Shown here piece after piece: positions 14,469-27,900 of a stretch of DNA of 64,000 bases. The translations under genes and the position numbers were made by a program. A model generated the notes under the pieces. It ran no database searches and was not told the origin of the DNA. It saw nothing but the letters and a program-made list of their open reading frames with translations. Source of the stretch: Paragordius varius (Eukaryota > Animalia > Nematomorpha); the NCBI GenBank assembly GCA_964247055.1, contig OZ176053.1, forward strand, positions 6,820,001 through 6,884,000, read 5' to 3'. Every line of letters begins with the position of its first letter. Positions within the stretch are counted from its first letter, which is position 1.

Positions 14469-15660
14469 ATTAGAAACGCAAGCGTGTATGCCAAATCAAA
14501 AGATTACCAAAATGTAAATGACTTATTGAACGATTTTCAAAAGTAAACCATCTGTTGCAAAACAAAAATTACAATAGGATCTGTAATAATGTTTTTATAT
14601 TTGTTTTTGCTTTACCTGCAATTAAGCTTTTATTTCTAATATTTTAATTATCCCTATAATCAGAATTACTCACTAAAAACTAAAAATGGGTAGACATATT
14701 TTGATTTAAAATTATTTTCAATTTTAAACGTTAATGTTAACAAATTAAAAGTAATGTTTTATATACAGTAAAATAATATAGACTTCCTATAAGGCGACAT
14801 TTTTTTGTTTTTTGAATATATCCTATTGGGTAAATAAGTAAAAATTTGGCAACACACCCAATTATATATTTTACAATTATAATAGGTAATAATAATTTTA
14901 ATTTTCACTGTATTTGACACTATAACGTTGTACATCTACCTTATATACAATCATTTGCTCTCAAATTTACATTATATTCACACAAACACTTCCATGTATT
15001 TCCAAGACTTGGTTTGCCCATACATTAATGGCTGTTTTGAAAGGAGTGAGGAGCCTAATTACTGTTATTTAAATACGCAATCGCGTTTTCCCGAAGTCTA
15101 CAATGATATTGCTTATAAAATTTTAGCCAGGTCTAATGATGAGTTACGAGAGGTAAAATATAACCAATTGATGTAGTCTATATAATTTTAGGTAAATATT
15201 ACATATTCAAAATAAATTAGAGTTGATTTTACCGGTCTAATGGTGTAACTTTTTAGTTATTTATGGGCCTACCGGATCAGTATTATGGAGATGTTTTAAC
15301 TACCTAAAAAACAAATCCAATCCTTGCTTTTAAATGTCAAAAATCAATATATTAATTTTTTTCTATTGATTTTAACATTATACCATTATTATTATACACG
15401 TGATAAATATAGGTTTAAAACTTTGGCTTGGTTTTTATTTTAAAAACAATCATGGTCAGTTTGTTTATAACACACAACCCTATTCCGTTTGGTATTGTAG
15501 CCTTTTTGAATGTTCTACGCATGAAATAAATTATATAGCTTTTTTATTTATTATCGAATAGATTGATAACATATTTGATCTAATACGAAAGGAAACCATC
15601 TACACAATTATAAAAAGTGACAATTTTCCACAAACTATCAAAGCTTGAATAGTGGAAAAG
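14469..15660 (+). pseudogene. M13 paralog relic (exons 4, 6, 7) in the spacer of the inverted duplication
   Basis: The exon-4 homolog 14469-14542 (IRNASVYAKSKDYQNV..) is 74 nt against 75 in the paralogs. The exon-6 homolog at about 14924-15152 has AT where the paralog acceptor AG lies. The exon-7 homolog 15562-15660 (IDNIFDLIRKETIYTII..KA*IVEK) has an in-frame TGA. Exons 1-3, 5 and 8-16 were not found. Confidence 0.8.
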
Positions 15661-15924
15661 GTAGCCTAATTTGTATTGTTTTAATATATTGTTTTGCAAT
15701 AAACACAAAGAAAAATTAACACTTAAACACAAATCATTTTCATGTGTCCTTCCAATACAAATGGGGCTTGTTTAATTTTAATATTTTACAAAGTGTGTAA
15801 TATATTGAATCGATTGTAAAAATTTCTACCTATATTACATTAATTGATGTACCAAAATTTAAAAAAATAACCCAAATTCTATTTTTAGCTTTATACTAAC
15901 AAGTAGATGGCGTTTTCCGCTAAA

Positions 15925-16556
15925 AAATTTGTGATTTCCTAAGTCTGTTTTGTGACAAATTGATATTTGTATTGTGATTTGTACGGATTTGGTTGATATT
16001 CCACTAATTTCAAATCCTATTTTGCATATATTATATACTTTATAATTCCTACTCATGTAAAAATCCAAAATAAAACAGTATAAATTTTTTATATTATCAT
16101 AAACCAGATGACAAACAATGCAAAAATAAAAAACAATATTTTTGGATTTATTTTGATATATAAGTATTTTTTACTTATGAATGTTAAGATTATAATAGTG
16201 AGTTTAGGTAGTATATAAAAAAATTATTTTAATATAGTTTCATATAATTTTTTTGTTTTTTAATTGTGATAAAAGAAAAACACCATCTTTTGAGCTATAA
16301 TTTTATAGAAACCCTAACTATATGATTTTATTTATATATTGAAAATATATCTTAAAATGATAATATACCATAACAATTATATCATTATAATAATCCTTAA
16401 TTTTCACTTTTTCGATTTAGATTTTCTCTCAATATTTCAAAAACTAGGTTGTCAACAAATAATAGTTTTTGCGGCAAATGAATTCACTGGTCATAAGCTA
16501 TCTCATGAAAAAAAGATTTTCGTTAAATTGAAATCACCCTCTTTTTTGTACACAGT
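15925..16556. mobile_element. Half copy (right arm) of family X element
   Basis: Similar to 4880-5465 and 17220-17813. It ends GTACACAGT followed by (TA)n. Confidence 0.7.
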
Positions 16557-16565
16557 ATATATATA

Positions 16566-17813
16566 CACTGTGCGTAAAAAAAATTTTAACGAAAAATTTT
16601 TTTTTTATGAGATAGCTTATGACCAGCGTATTCATTTGGCGCAAAATATTTATTTGTTAACAACCTAGTTTTTGAAATACTGAGAGAAAATCAAAATCGG
16701 GCAAAAAGTGAAAATTTGGAAAATTCAAAAAATAATGATAAAATCTGAAATATTATCGTTTATTATCATTGTAGGAGATATTTTCAATATATAAATAGCC
16801 TAAAATTATATAGTTGGGATTTCTATAAAATTTCAGGTCAAAAGATGGCGTTTTTCTTTTATTACACTTAAAAGAGAAAAAAATTTAATTAAACTATATT
16901 AAAATAATTTTTTTAATTATTTATTACCTAAACTCACTATTAAAATCTTAACATTCATATTTTATTCAGTCAAATAAACTTCTATATCAAAATAAAACCA
17001 AAAATATTGTTTTATAATTTTGCATTTTTTTGTCATCTTGTTTATGAGTGTATAAAAAATTTTATACTGGTTTATTTTGGATTCTTACATGAGTGGGAAT
17101 TACTAAGTGTATAATTAATGTATAGGATTAAAAATTAGTGGAATATCAACCAACAATCCGTACAAATCCCAATACAAATATTTATTTGTCATAAAACAGA
17201 CTTGTTACCGGAAATTGTAAGGATTGTTGGTTGATATTCCACTACTTTTAAATCCTATTTTGCATAAATTATAAACTTAATAATTCATAATCATGTAAAA
17301 ATTTAAAATAAAACAGTATAAAGTTTTAATATATTCATAAACCAGATGACAAAAAAAATGCAAAAATAAAAAACAAAATTTTGTGTTTTATTAATGTAGA
17401 GGTTTATTTTCCTGAATAAAATATGAATGTTAAGATTTTAATAGTGAGTTTAGGTAGTAAAAATTAAAAATTACTTTAATATAGTTTCATTAATTTTTTT
17501 TTGTCTTGTAAGTGTGATAAAAGAAAAACGCCATCTTTTGACCTGAAATTATATAGAAACCCTAACTATATGATTTGCTATTTATATATTGAAAATATCT
17601 AAAATGATAATAAACGATAATATTTCAGTTATCATTATTTTTTGAATTATCCAAATTTTCACTTTTTGCCCGATTTTGATTTTCTATGAATATTTCAAAA
17701 ACTAGGTTGTAAACAAATAAATATTTTGCGACAAATGAATACGCTGGTCATAAGCTATCTCATGAAAAAAAAATTTTCGTTAAATCAAAATGACCCTCTT
17801 TTTTGTACACAGT
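16566..17813. mobile_element. Complete family X palindromic element
   Basis: Starts CACTGTGC after (TA)n and ends GTACACAGT before (TA)n. The ~600-bp inverted arms meet near 17190-17220. Confidence 0.85.
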
Positions 17814-18936
17814 ATATATATATATATATACTCTTCATAATTTTTCAACAAATATATATTAAATTTAATAGGCTATAAAACAAATTTTCAATTATTGATT
17901 TTATATCTTTAATTTTTATAAAAATTCAGGATCTGAGAATCTGTTGGAAACGAAAATCAGATGGTTTTTATTTGAGAAAAAGTTTAAGTTAATGTAGCTT
18001 ACTAAATTATTACCATTTTGATAAGCTTTTTTCTTTTTTGTAATATTTGCTTGTCCTATGTTAATTTTTTTTTCATATATTGCAACCATTTGTACTTGAT
18101 ATATATTTAAAAAATTAGATTTTGCTTAATAAACGTGAAAAAAATAAGCCTTAATTTTTCTTCTTGAAACTGAAAATATATTGATTGACCAACTTGATAA
18201 AAAAACATTATTCGTTGAAATCATTGAAGTCTAATTTTATAAGTTGATTTGAAATTTCATTCAAATTTTAAATTGAAGATACCGACAGGAATACTGGATT
18301 TTTATATGTATGCTTACTTCACATATAATTATAGCATATATTGTTAAAACTGTACATATACAGTTCTCATAAAAATATATTTGGCTTTTTGTCAAACACA
18401 CTTTTTATGTTTAAATTTTCTATGATTGAAAGGGGAGCGTGCTATTAAAAACCAAAATTTTTTGATTCTTGAATAAAATAAACATAAGATATAGGTTGTT
18501 TTTATGAATATTTATCATGTGGGAATGTATTCGAATTCAATCTAAAAAACCAAAAATTTAATTTCATCAGAGTTTTATATTTATGACACCATTTTTTAAA
18601 TCATAAATAACTCGTTTTCCTTACCCTTATGGCATCTTTCTACATAATAAAAATTATATCATTTAAGAAAAAGTATGATTTTTTTTGGAAATCCATTTTG
18701 CCTAAAGGCAAAATTGTTTTAGTTAAATAAACTATAATTTTTTACATTAAAATGCCCTAGCTAATCGTAAAAGGTTTAACTGATTTCGAATGAACGAAAA
18801 TTTAACTACACATAATTATTTTTTAAAAAATCATAAGACCTTTTCTTAGAATACCTTAGGTATTTTACTATAAAAACATTGATTCAAATTTAAAAAGTAA
18901 TTTAAAATTTCTTTTTATCATTAAATATTAAAATAA

Positions 18937-21900
18937 ATGACCGATTCAATCTTGAATAGATTTATTCGTTATAATTACATTTTCTCCATTATATACTATT
19001 TGGCATTTGTTGAAAAAATACCAGGTAATTTTTTAAAGGTTTTTATATTATATAATAAATAATATATCTATCTATCTTACATTTATCACACCAATCTAAT
19101 TTGCAATTTTTTTATATTTTTCAGGTCTTTTGTCATTACCATCACAATTGGGAACAATCGCCAACCCATGTGTAAATTTTCATGATTATAGTTGCAAAGA
19201 TTTCGATTACAACTTTTCTCCTGGTGAAAAAAGCGGAGATCAATTTACTAAAATAGCTAAGAGTATTAACAAGGATGTTTTTGGTAATATTTTTATACGA
19301 ATTTGGGATAAAAATCTCTTATCTTAGTTATATTTAAATGCATATCATATCATTCATTAAGTTTTATATGATATTACCACAAATGATAGATTATTTGGTT
19401 AACAAACATGAAAATGACCGGAACCCCTTTGAAAAATTGATGCATACTTTTTATCGATCATGTCAAACTCGAAAATGGCAAACTAGACGACCTATAAATT
19501 ATGCAGATATTTTTAAATCATTTGAGTTATACCCGGAAACTAAACCTGTTTTCACCCGTTCCTCCAAAAATAATACAAATTCCTTCAATCTGGCTCTTAA
19601 TCTTGATATGTGGCTTAATGGTCAACAAAAAAGACACAATAATAATAATAATAATCTGATTATAAATACAAATGTTAAGGAGGTTATTGTTGAAAAACTT
19701 ATAGGCCAATTTGAAACATTGATTGGGACATTATCTTTAAAATACCCAAAACTTCATATGTCTGAGCCCAAATTTTTTGCCGATTCTACCATTATGAAGA
19801 ATTACAAAGCATATCTCACCAGTCTTCTATCACCATTGGGCTTCACCTCAATCGACGCAAAATCAATAATAGATTTGGAACGGGAACATTCTATGGTATC
19901 CATTTTCAAAAGTGTAAAGGGATAATAGTATTACGCAATAAATGAGATGGATAAGTTTAATTTGTTAAAACATCCCTAAGAATTTCTCCCCCTATCGCTA
20001 ATAAGTTCAATATATTTTTCTTTCAACTTTCCAAGGTCACCTTAAACTAAGCTCAGGGGGTGTTTAGCACAAATATCTTCGCGGCTGCTTTGATAATTTT
20101 TGGGTTTAATTTTTTTGCAAATTTTAGATGCTGGCATATTTTCTAAATAATCGTAAATTGATTGAAAACAAATTTTTATTTTTTTAAACATTTTTAGATC
20201 ACTTTTCCATACCCAAAAAAGCGGGTCGTACCTCCCTGAATTTAATTATTTATATTTAGGTAATTTGTTATATCCCCATAATAACCATACATAATATATG
20301 GTCAAAAAGTTATTATAAAATGCACATTACTCATCGAATAGATGAAAAAAATTTAAAATAAAAAAGCACATTAAGTGTTATAAAAAATAATTGCCCAATC
20401 GCGTTTAATATTGACTTGGTCATCATTTTGTTCAATTTTAGATATCATTCTCATAATTGTTGTAATCTTTTAGATTAGAAAGGCCACCGTATATGATGAA
20501 TCGAAAAATTACAAAAAAGCCCTCAGTTTTATCCGAGATTTTCCTCTGGTTTGATAATATTATAAGAAAAACGGGATAATTAATATTAACCATGAAATTT
20601 GTAATATATTGTTTCCTCTAATTTTCTTATTTTATAATTTTTTAGTTTCAGTCATACTTGGATGATATAAACCGTTTCAATATTTCATCTATTGAAGTTC
20701 CCATCAGATATCTAACCAAGATCCATCATTTGCTTCAGAATAAATATTTAAGTAGCTGGTCTGGAATAAGGTTTAGTCTTATGCTATTTTCGATTGTAAC
20801 ATATATTTTAAATATAGTGTTTGTTGAATTTAAAAAAGTCTAAAGCATATCAACACATATGCATTCTTAAAATTTTTTAATTTAACTATATTTAAGTATA
20901 TGAGCATATTACATAATATACAAAGTCAGTTTCGACGGAATCTAAAACCATCTACTAATATAATAAAATATAGGGTTTTTCTCAGCGGTTATAAATGCAC
21001 CTTCATGACCGTGCTCTAGGCTTATCAAAATAACTTGTTATATTTCACAATGTAATAATTATCGCGGATATAAAAAAAGTAGTGGTAAAAAATTTAAAAT
21101 AATAAGTCAGATTTTGAATTAATAATTATTCATAAATTTTCTGTATTCGAAACTCTTACATTAATAATATAAGATCGCTCTATCTTAATTTGCATATGGT
21201 TATATAAAATTTCTTTAGTCACAAAATATATTTCTCATTATGGTTTGTATTAACTCCATAATCATAAGCAGTTAGACCGGCATATTTGCATATTGATTAA
21301 TTGTTATTAGAACTATGTACCTCTACCTTATTTACAATCATTTGATACTTAATACACGGTATGTCCAAACAAAAAACTCTCAATACTATCAAGATTTGAT
21401 TTGCCCATACATTAACGCATGTACTGAAATTAGCGAACATCCACATTATTGTAATTATGTAACAGAAAACCATTTTCCAGATATCTTTATAAATATAGCC
21501 TATCAAGTCCTTAATTCAAAGAATCAAATAGTTCAAGTAATACACACATTTTTTACTATTGTTTTGACCAGCGATTTTTAAACTGCGGCCTACGGGACGC
21601 GTGCGGGGCCCTTTTTTAATTTTTGATGTACCTATTTGGAAAATATGTGCATAAACAGCTATGAAAATTTTATCGGTATCATGGCCTTTGAGACAATAAA
21701 AATATTTTTTTGGCCCTTTAAAATTTTTTAGGGAGCAACCCTGATTTAAACTATCGTATCTGTTAATTACATATATTATAGTTTACCTTTGTTAATTATC
21801 ACACAGTACTTAACTAATATCTTTTAATTGGACTTAGGTCAATCAATTATTTAACGCTTTAAGAAGGGAGGTCATGCACACGATAAATGAAAGTATCCAT

Positions 21901-24900
21901 TTGCCTCCGTCCATTCAAGGAAAAATATTAAACAAGGTTTACACATATTTTTCGATTGCGATATTAATTGATTTATTTTAATCTAAGCTCTCATGGTTGT
22001 TAATACAACCCTAACTTTAATACAAATTTTAAGCAAACATATTCTTATAAAGTCCACACAAAAAATAACAAATTCTAAAAACATTAAATATCTTATAATG
22101 GTATTTTTCTCACAAGTCATCATTTAAACAGTCATTCATAGCTTTAAACTGGAACTGAAATGTGAATCTTCTTGAAACCGTTTTAAAACCAAACAATTGG
22201 ATATCGCTTATGAAATGTTTTTGAAAGGAACGTGGTTTCAAGGATTTCAAAAACTTTTCATATATTTTAATGATCATTTATAGTTTTGATACCATTTTAA
22301 ACTTATATATGGATATGATTTTTATTTACAGTAATTTGAAGAAAGGTAGCCTGTGATAAATTACTGTAGCTCATTTTAAAAATTTGAATTTGGTCACATT
22401 AACGAATTAAACATAGCAATTCGGTAGATACCTTTATTAGCCTTCATTTTAATTAAAATAAAACGATTCCGATTTTGGCAAAGCTTATCAATGTCGTAGT
22501 GATCCCAAAAAACATCACTCATAATTTGTAAAATGATCCGTTTGTACACTTGGGAGAACTGTATAGCGTCATATGAGAGAAATGAATGCAAAAAATGAAA
22601 AATACCAAATATTTTAAATAGCTTTTTAAACATTAAGTACCCCTAATTGTCATATTTATGATGATAATATTAATAAGAATGATATAAACTGAATAACTTC
22701 AGTGATAATGTTAAAAATAAATGTCTTTGAAGTTTTGATGGATTTTGAAAAGAGAATTATTTAAAATGTTATAAATATTATTTAATGAGCTTTATATTAG
22801 AACCTTATAATTTTATAAATGATATACTATACTTATGGAAATCAATTAATATTTTTTCGCTCTACCAACAGGTAAGATATAAAATCGTTTGAATAATTTA
22901 CTTTGATTGATTCAATAGTAAAACAAAACCAATTTTAAAGCTTTTAATATTTCCACCGCTCCTTTGTTTATCTATCCGGAGGTATAGGTCAGTAAAAAAA
23001 CTTTAGCGTTTACTCTATTATTAGTTATACTAACAGAGTACCCCGATTTACATTTTACGTTTCTAAATTTTTCTAAATGAATTACTCATTTTTTGGATTT
23101 TGAAAACAGCGTATTCATAAATTTGGGTTTTTCAAACAAAATATATTTATAGATAATATTTTTATTTCAATTAAATTTGAAACATTCTATTAAGATTGGT
23201 TTTCACAATATATTATATATATATATATATCAAACAGTAGTCATAGGTTATGGCATTATATTAATATTTTTAATAATGTGCCATCAAAATGTATTTTTTT
23301 CCGACGGAAAAATAGAATCTTTTTATTGCTTTTTTACTGGATAATGAATAATAAACATTTCTAACCTTAAATTTTACACAGCTCAATTCTATAAAACTTG
23401 AAACGTTTCCAAAATTCTCGGTACATAATCAAAAGGCCAAAAGGATGAAATACGAAAAGGTTAAATATTTTTCAAATATATCATATACATTTTGACATTT
23501 TTTATTGTAACATTTGATGAGAGTTAAAAATATATACTGTTTGTTTGAAGTATTCATGCTTCCTAAATTATCAAAAAATGAACATCGGCATAACCATTTT
23601 TTATCATTCTATAAGTCCTCTTTGACAAGTGATTTGCTAGTAAACGGCAAAAAAAATGTTATTAATAGTATATTATATTAAGTTATTAATAACTAACTCA
23701 ATATATGGTCTAATATATATATATATATATATATATTGGTGAATTTAATTAATTACAGCCAATTATTTTTTATTAAATATGAGATTTATGCCCAAAACGC
23801 TCGCTTAGCCAGAATCATTTTCAAAATATTTGTTAAATTACTAAAAGGATAAAGTATTTCGTAATAATTTCAATTTTATATGTTCTAATCGTATTTAAGA
23901 TCATATGAAAGAGTATATATTGATAGTAAACATTTATTAATAGCATTCCAATTATAATTATACTAGATTAACCTTCGAATAAATGACTACGATTACAACA
24001 TCCAAATATTGAGAAAATCGTAAGTTTTTATAATTATACTAAAATGTAAGGTATTTATTATAATAACATATTGATAGGTGAAACATTTTTTTTTATCATT
24101 TTATACCTAATTATCATTATGGGATCAAAATTCAGAAGTAGTGCCTATACGAGTACAAGCTTAAATATAATAATGTAAACAAATTTTATGTACAGTATTG
24201 GAACTAATTTATGATTTTTGGAAGTTTGATTTGATGAAAGGCCGGTAGTTGTTTTGAACGTTCCTTATAAAAAAATATTAATGGGTATAGACTTCTTTCT
24301 AAAAACAGGCAGGACCCTTTTGTGATATTTCTTTATTTGGCTTGAAAAATGCATTTTTCGTTAAATTGATAGAGTTGATAATATATTTTTATATTAATTA
24401 CAGTTTTGCCTATCGATTCCTATAAGATTCATATACCTTCAAAAGTCTTGTTTTCAACTTGCAATATATTAAATAAGTTTAATTTAAGAATCTAAAACGT
24501 GAAAATATACAGACAAAACGGAAAAACATAGAGAATTTTTTTTATAAGACAACAATACTTTTTTTAATTATTTAATTTTAATTATAAAAATATTATTAAT
24601 TGTAATACTAATTTGCTTCTCTATTTCATACATTACATTTCACAAAATGGTTTATACATAAAAAACTCGGGTTTAGAAGACTACAGAGATTTCCTGAAAA
24701 AAATTTGTCTTTGCGTGTTTACATTTCCTGTATAATTTCAATATTTATTGTGCTATTTTGCTTTTAATATTTGTAAATGATTGTTTAAATATTTCTCACT
24801 CTCTTAATCCTTAGGATACCAACAGTTGATACGAACGACTTATGTAGTGCATTTTACGAACGCAACACAAACAAAATCGGTATTTGCTTAAATAGATTTT

Positions 24901-27900
24901 AGAAATTTCAAACATATATTTTATATTAAAAGAATCTAGTCAGTACACAAAATCGGTGGGTATTAAAAATATTTTAATAAAATATAACTGTTAGATAAAT
25001 GTATCAGGTCATCCATACGGATTTTGGTTTTGAGCTTTGGAGAAATCCCTACATATCAGAATATGGCAAAATTGCCTATATATTGTTATTTTTTTGTGAA
25101 GCTAATAGGTTTGATTCCACTTAATATATTTTGTATCAAAAATTTTCAGATGTGGGATCCGAAACCTTCAATTTTTTTTAAATGAACAAAAATGTCGAGA
25201 TTTGAGATAAGATTTTTTTATATATACTAGATTATGGCAGCATAAAATATTATTTTTGAAAAAATACATACTTTGTTGAAAATTATATTCTTAGTAAAAC
25301 ATCGATAAACCGTATTTTATGGAATTTCGGAGCATTCTGAAAACGGTAGCCCTCTAAGATATTATAAAACATTTTATATAATTCGATAATGTCCACTTTT
25401 ATGACCATCTCAGATTTTGGTTTAAAAGATATCATTGTCCTCAAATTTATAGTAAATATTAAATATATTTTACACAAAATATTTTTAATTTCAAGACCAA
25501 GGGATCTATAAATGCTTCATATTACCATAGAGATTAATTAAATTTAGTTGATAAATTATTAATCATAGTGTGCATTTTTCATTATATTTATTTGATGTCA
25601 TAATCTAAGGTATTAATTGTCGCGAATCGACATTTATACGTTTTTTAAGAAAATGGGTAGGCCAAATATTTAAGTCTTTGGCATATCTGAATAAAAATTT
25701 ACAAAAATATTGCTTTTAAATATAGTATTTTGTATAAGGAAAAATACATTTAGCTTTCACCAAAATGAATTATTTAACCTGATGGGCGCAAATTTTTCAA
25801 TTTTTTGCTAAGGAGCAATTACCACACACTGTAAATATTTTTAAACATGACTGTTAAGGCCCAAACCAAAAGCTTTATAAGAGTTTGGATAAACATCAGA
25901 AAATATATATTTCTTCAAAATATTTTTCTGTGCACCATGTATAGAGTCTAATCTTTTAAATAAAAAGAGAGTTTACGAAAAATATTCATATGATTATGCT
26001 TCTTCTTTAAATTTTGAATTAATTACTTTGATTTAAGCTTATGTCATAATGATACTGAAAACAGCTAAGTTTTGATTTTAATCGGTTTATTGTGGGATTG
26101 AGATATACATTAGAAAAGAAAATTCCTCTTTTTTGCACAAATTAGTTTTATTATTGGGAATTAATATAGAAGAATACCCATATCAAATCCCTTTTTAATA
26201 CCCTTTAAGATTTATATATTTGTAAAATAATTGTACTTTAGTATTTAATTAAAACATTGTTAATAAAAGTATAGTCTGTGGCGGAAATACTGTAAGGTAT
26301 GAGATGCGGAGGGTGCAGCGGAACACCTAAGTCTTTGGATATGTAAAATAGATTTATTTCAATTATCATGTTATTTTTGGGATTATTTTAGGGAAACAAA
26401 TAGTTTTTCCATTATATATAGTATATATATAAATACTTTTTAAGATATTTAAATTTTAAATGGTACTGAGGTAATTAAGCATGACAATAGCACCGGGTAC
26501 ACCCCTTTGTACAATTGGAAAATCGATTGTTAGAGTACCGTGAGCTATATGCTATATAAGTATTGGGAAAAAACCTTTTAAAACTTTTTCTAATGAAATT
26601 TTTATGATTGCAAATGTATATATATGTATGTATATAAAAATTAAAAAAAAATATCGTACATAACCTGCGCTTTGGAAAGGGCATTATTGTTTGTTTTTGG
26701 AACAGAGGTTTGATATTAATTGAGTTATTGATAAGCGACATTAGTTTTAATTAAATGAAACGTTATCGACAAAAAACAATAATAATTTAATCTAGCAGAC
26801 GATAACCCAAATAAAATTTATAAAAGTATATGGTTAAAAGATTATTAAATAAATAATTTAGTATAAAAAGGTACTTATCTTTGATTTTCCTATGGCATAA
26901 ATACTGTTCCCCTAAACAACTGAAGTTTTACGGGAAACTCAACTTTTATTACAAAAGGATTCATTTACGAGTACCGTAAAACTTCATCAGGGTAATAAGC
27001 CTCTTTAAATTGCACTCTTTACAAATGAAAAATTATCCATATTACTAAAATATAAATATAAAAAATGTATTTGATGGCTTTGGTGTGTTCTAATCATATT
27101 TAAACTACAGACGATTTTGACCGAATCGCGAAAAGTCGGTCAGGTAATCAAGCTTTTTAATTTTTCTTCTATATTTGCAAATAAAATACTCCCGGGTCTC
27201 AAAAGTCGAGTGTCACTGATTGAATCACGTGACTTTGACTAATTAAAAAAGTTAATTGGTAAAAAGAAAATCGGGTGGATATAATAATTAAAACCTTATA
27301 TATTTTCAGATTCTTATTCATTTATTTAAATAATTTTTGCTGATTTGCGATTAAAATTTAACCATACTTACTATTTTTTATGATAAATAAATGATTTTAT
27401 TTTTCGTTTAGTTTTGGGATTGGGGATGCTGCAAGGATATTTTTTCGACCCAAATGAATCGGAAGTGTCCAAATTTGCTAAACTGGGATTTTTGATTTCA
27501 CACGAAATGATGCATGCAGTAAATAAAAGTAAAGCCTTTAGATAAATATTTTATAAATTTGGTTTAAATTGGTTATATATACATATATATAAACATATAT
27601 AATATTTGTTTATCTTTCAGTTATGTTAAAATCAACAAATGAAGGTGTAATCCGACACGTCAACTGCTTCAAAAGTTTTATAAAACCCTACATTCAAAAT
27701 ATTAAAGGGGTATGTTTGTTTTTGTTTAACGACTAACACGTTATGACTTTTTGGGATTATACCCAGGGCCAGTAAAATTTTAAATATCTTAAAATTTTTA
27801 TAGCATTGGGCCAAATTAGAATATACTATCTTTAGTTTTTTTTCACAAAATAACTTAAAAAAAATCCCCATCTCAAACTTCTTCTCGGGTTTTCTTTAAA

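Noticed and set aside
15925-15945. Arithmetic centre of the palindrome (15936) coincides with the broken end of a family X element
   Set aside because: The spacer is not symmetric, so the midpoint has no structural meaning. Treated as coincidence.
22150-22990. Candidate M13 exons in intron 7 (KQLDIAYEMF, DFGKAYQC, FNISTAPLFIYPE)
   Set aside because: Most lack an in-frame acceptor or carry stops, none has a counterpart in gene 3, and exon 7 joins exon 8 in phase without them.
7480-24394. The near-identical inverted arms as a pure assembly artefact (fold-back chimeric read)
   Set aside because: The arms differ at several substitutions and a microsatellite, have a unique 3.8-kb spacer, and continue as diverged homology on both sides. 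Not fully excluded without spanning reads.
26481-26560. MTIAPGTPFVQLENRLLEY as an M13 exon or an XRN-like ITPGTPFM motif
   Set aside because: The M13 model closes in phase without it and it is absent from genes 1 and 3. The XRN resemblance is too short to support.
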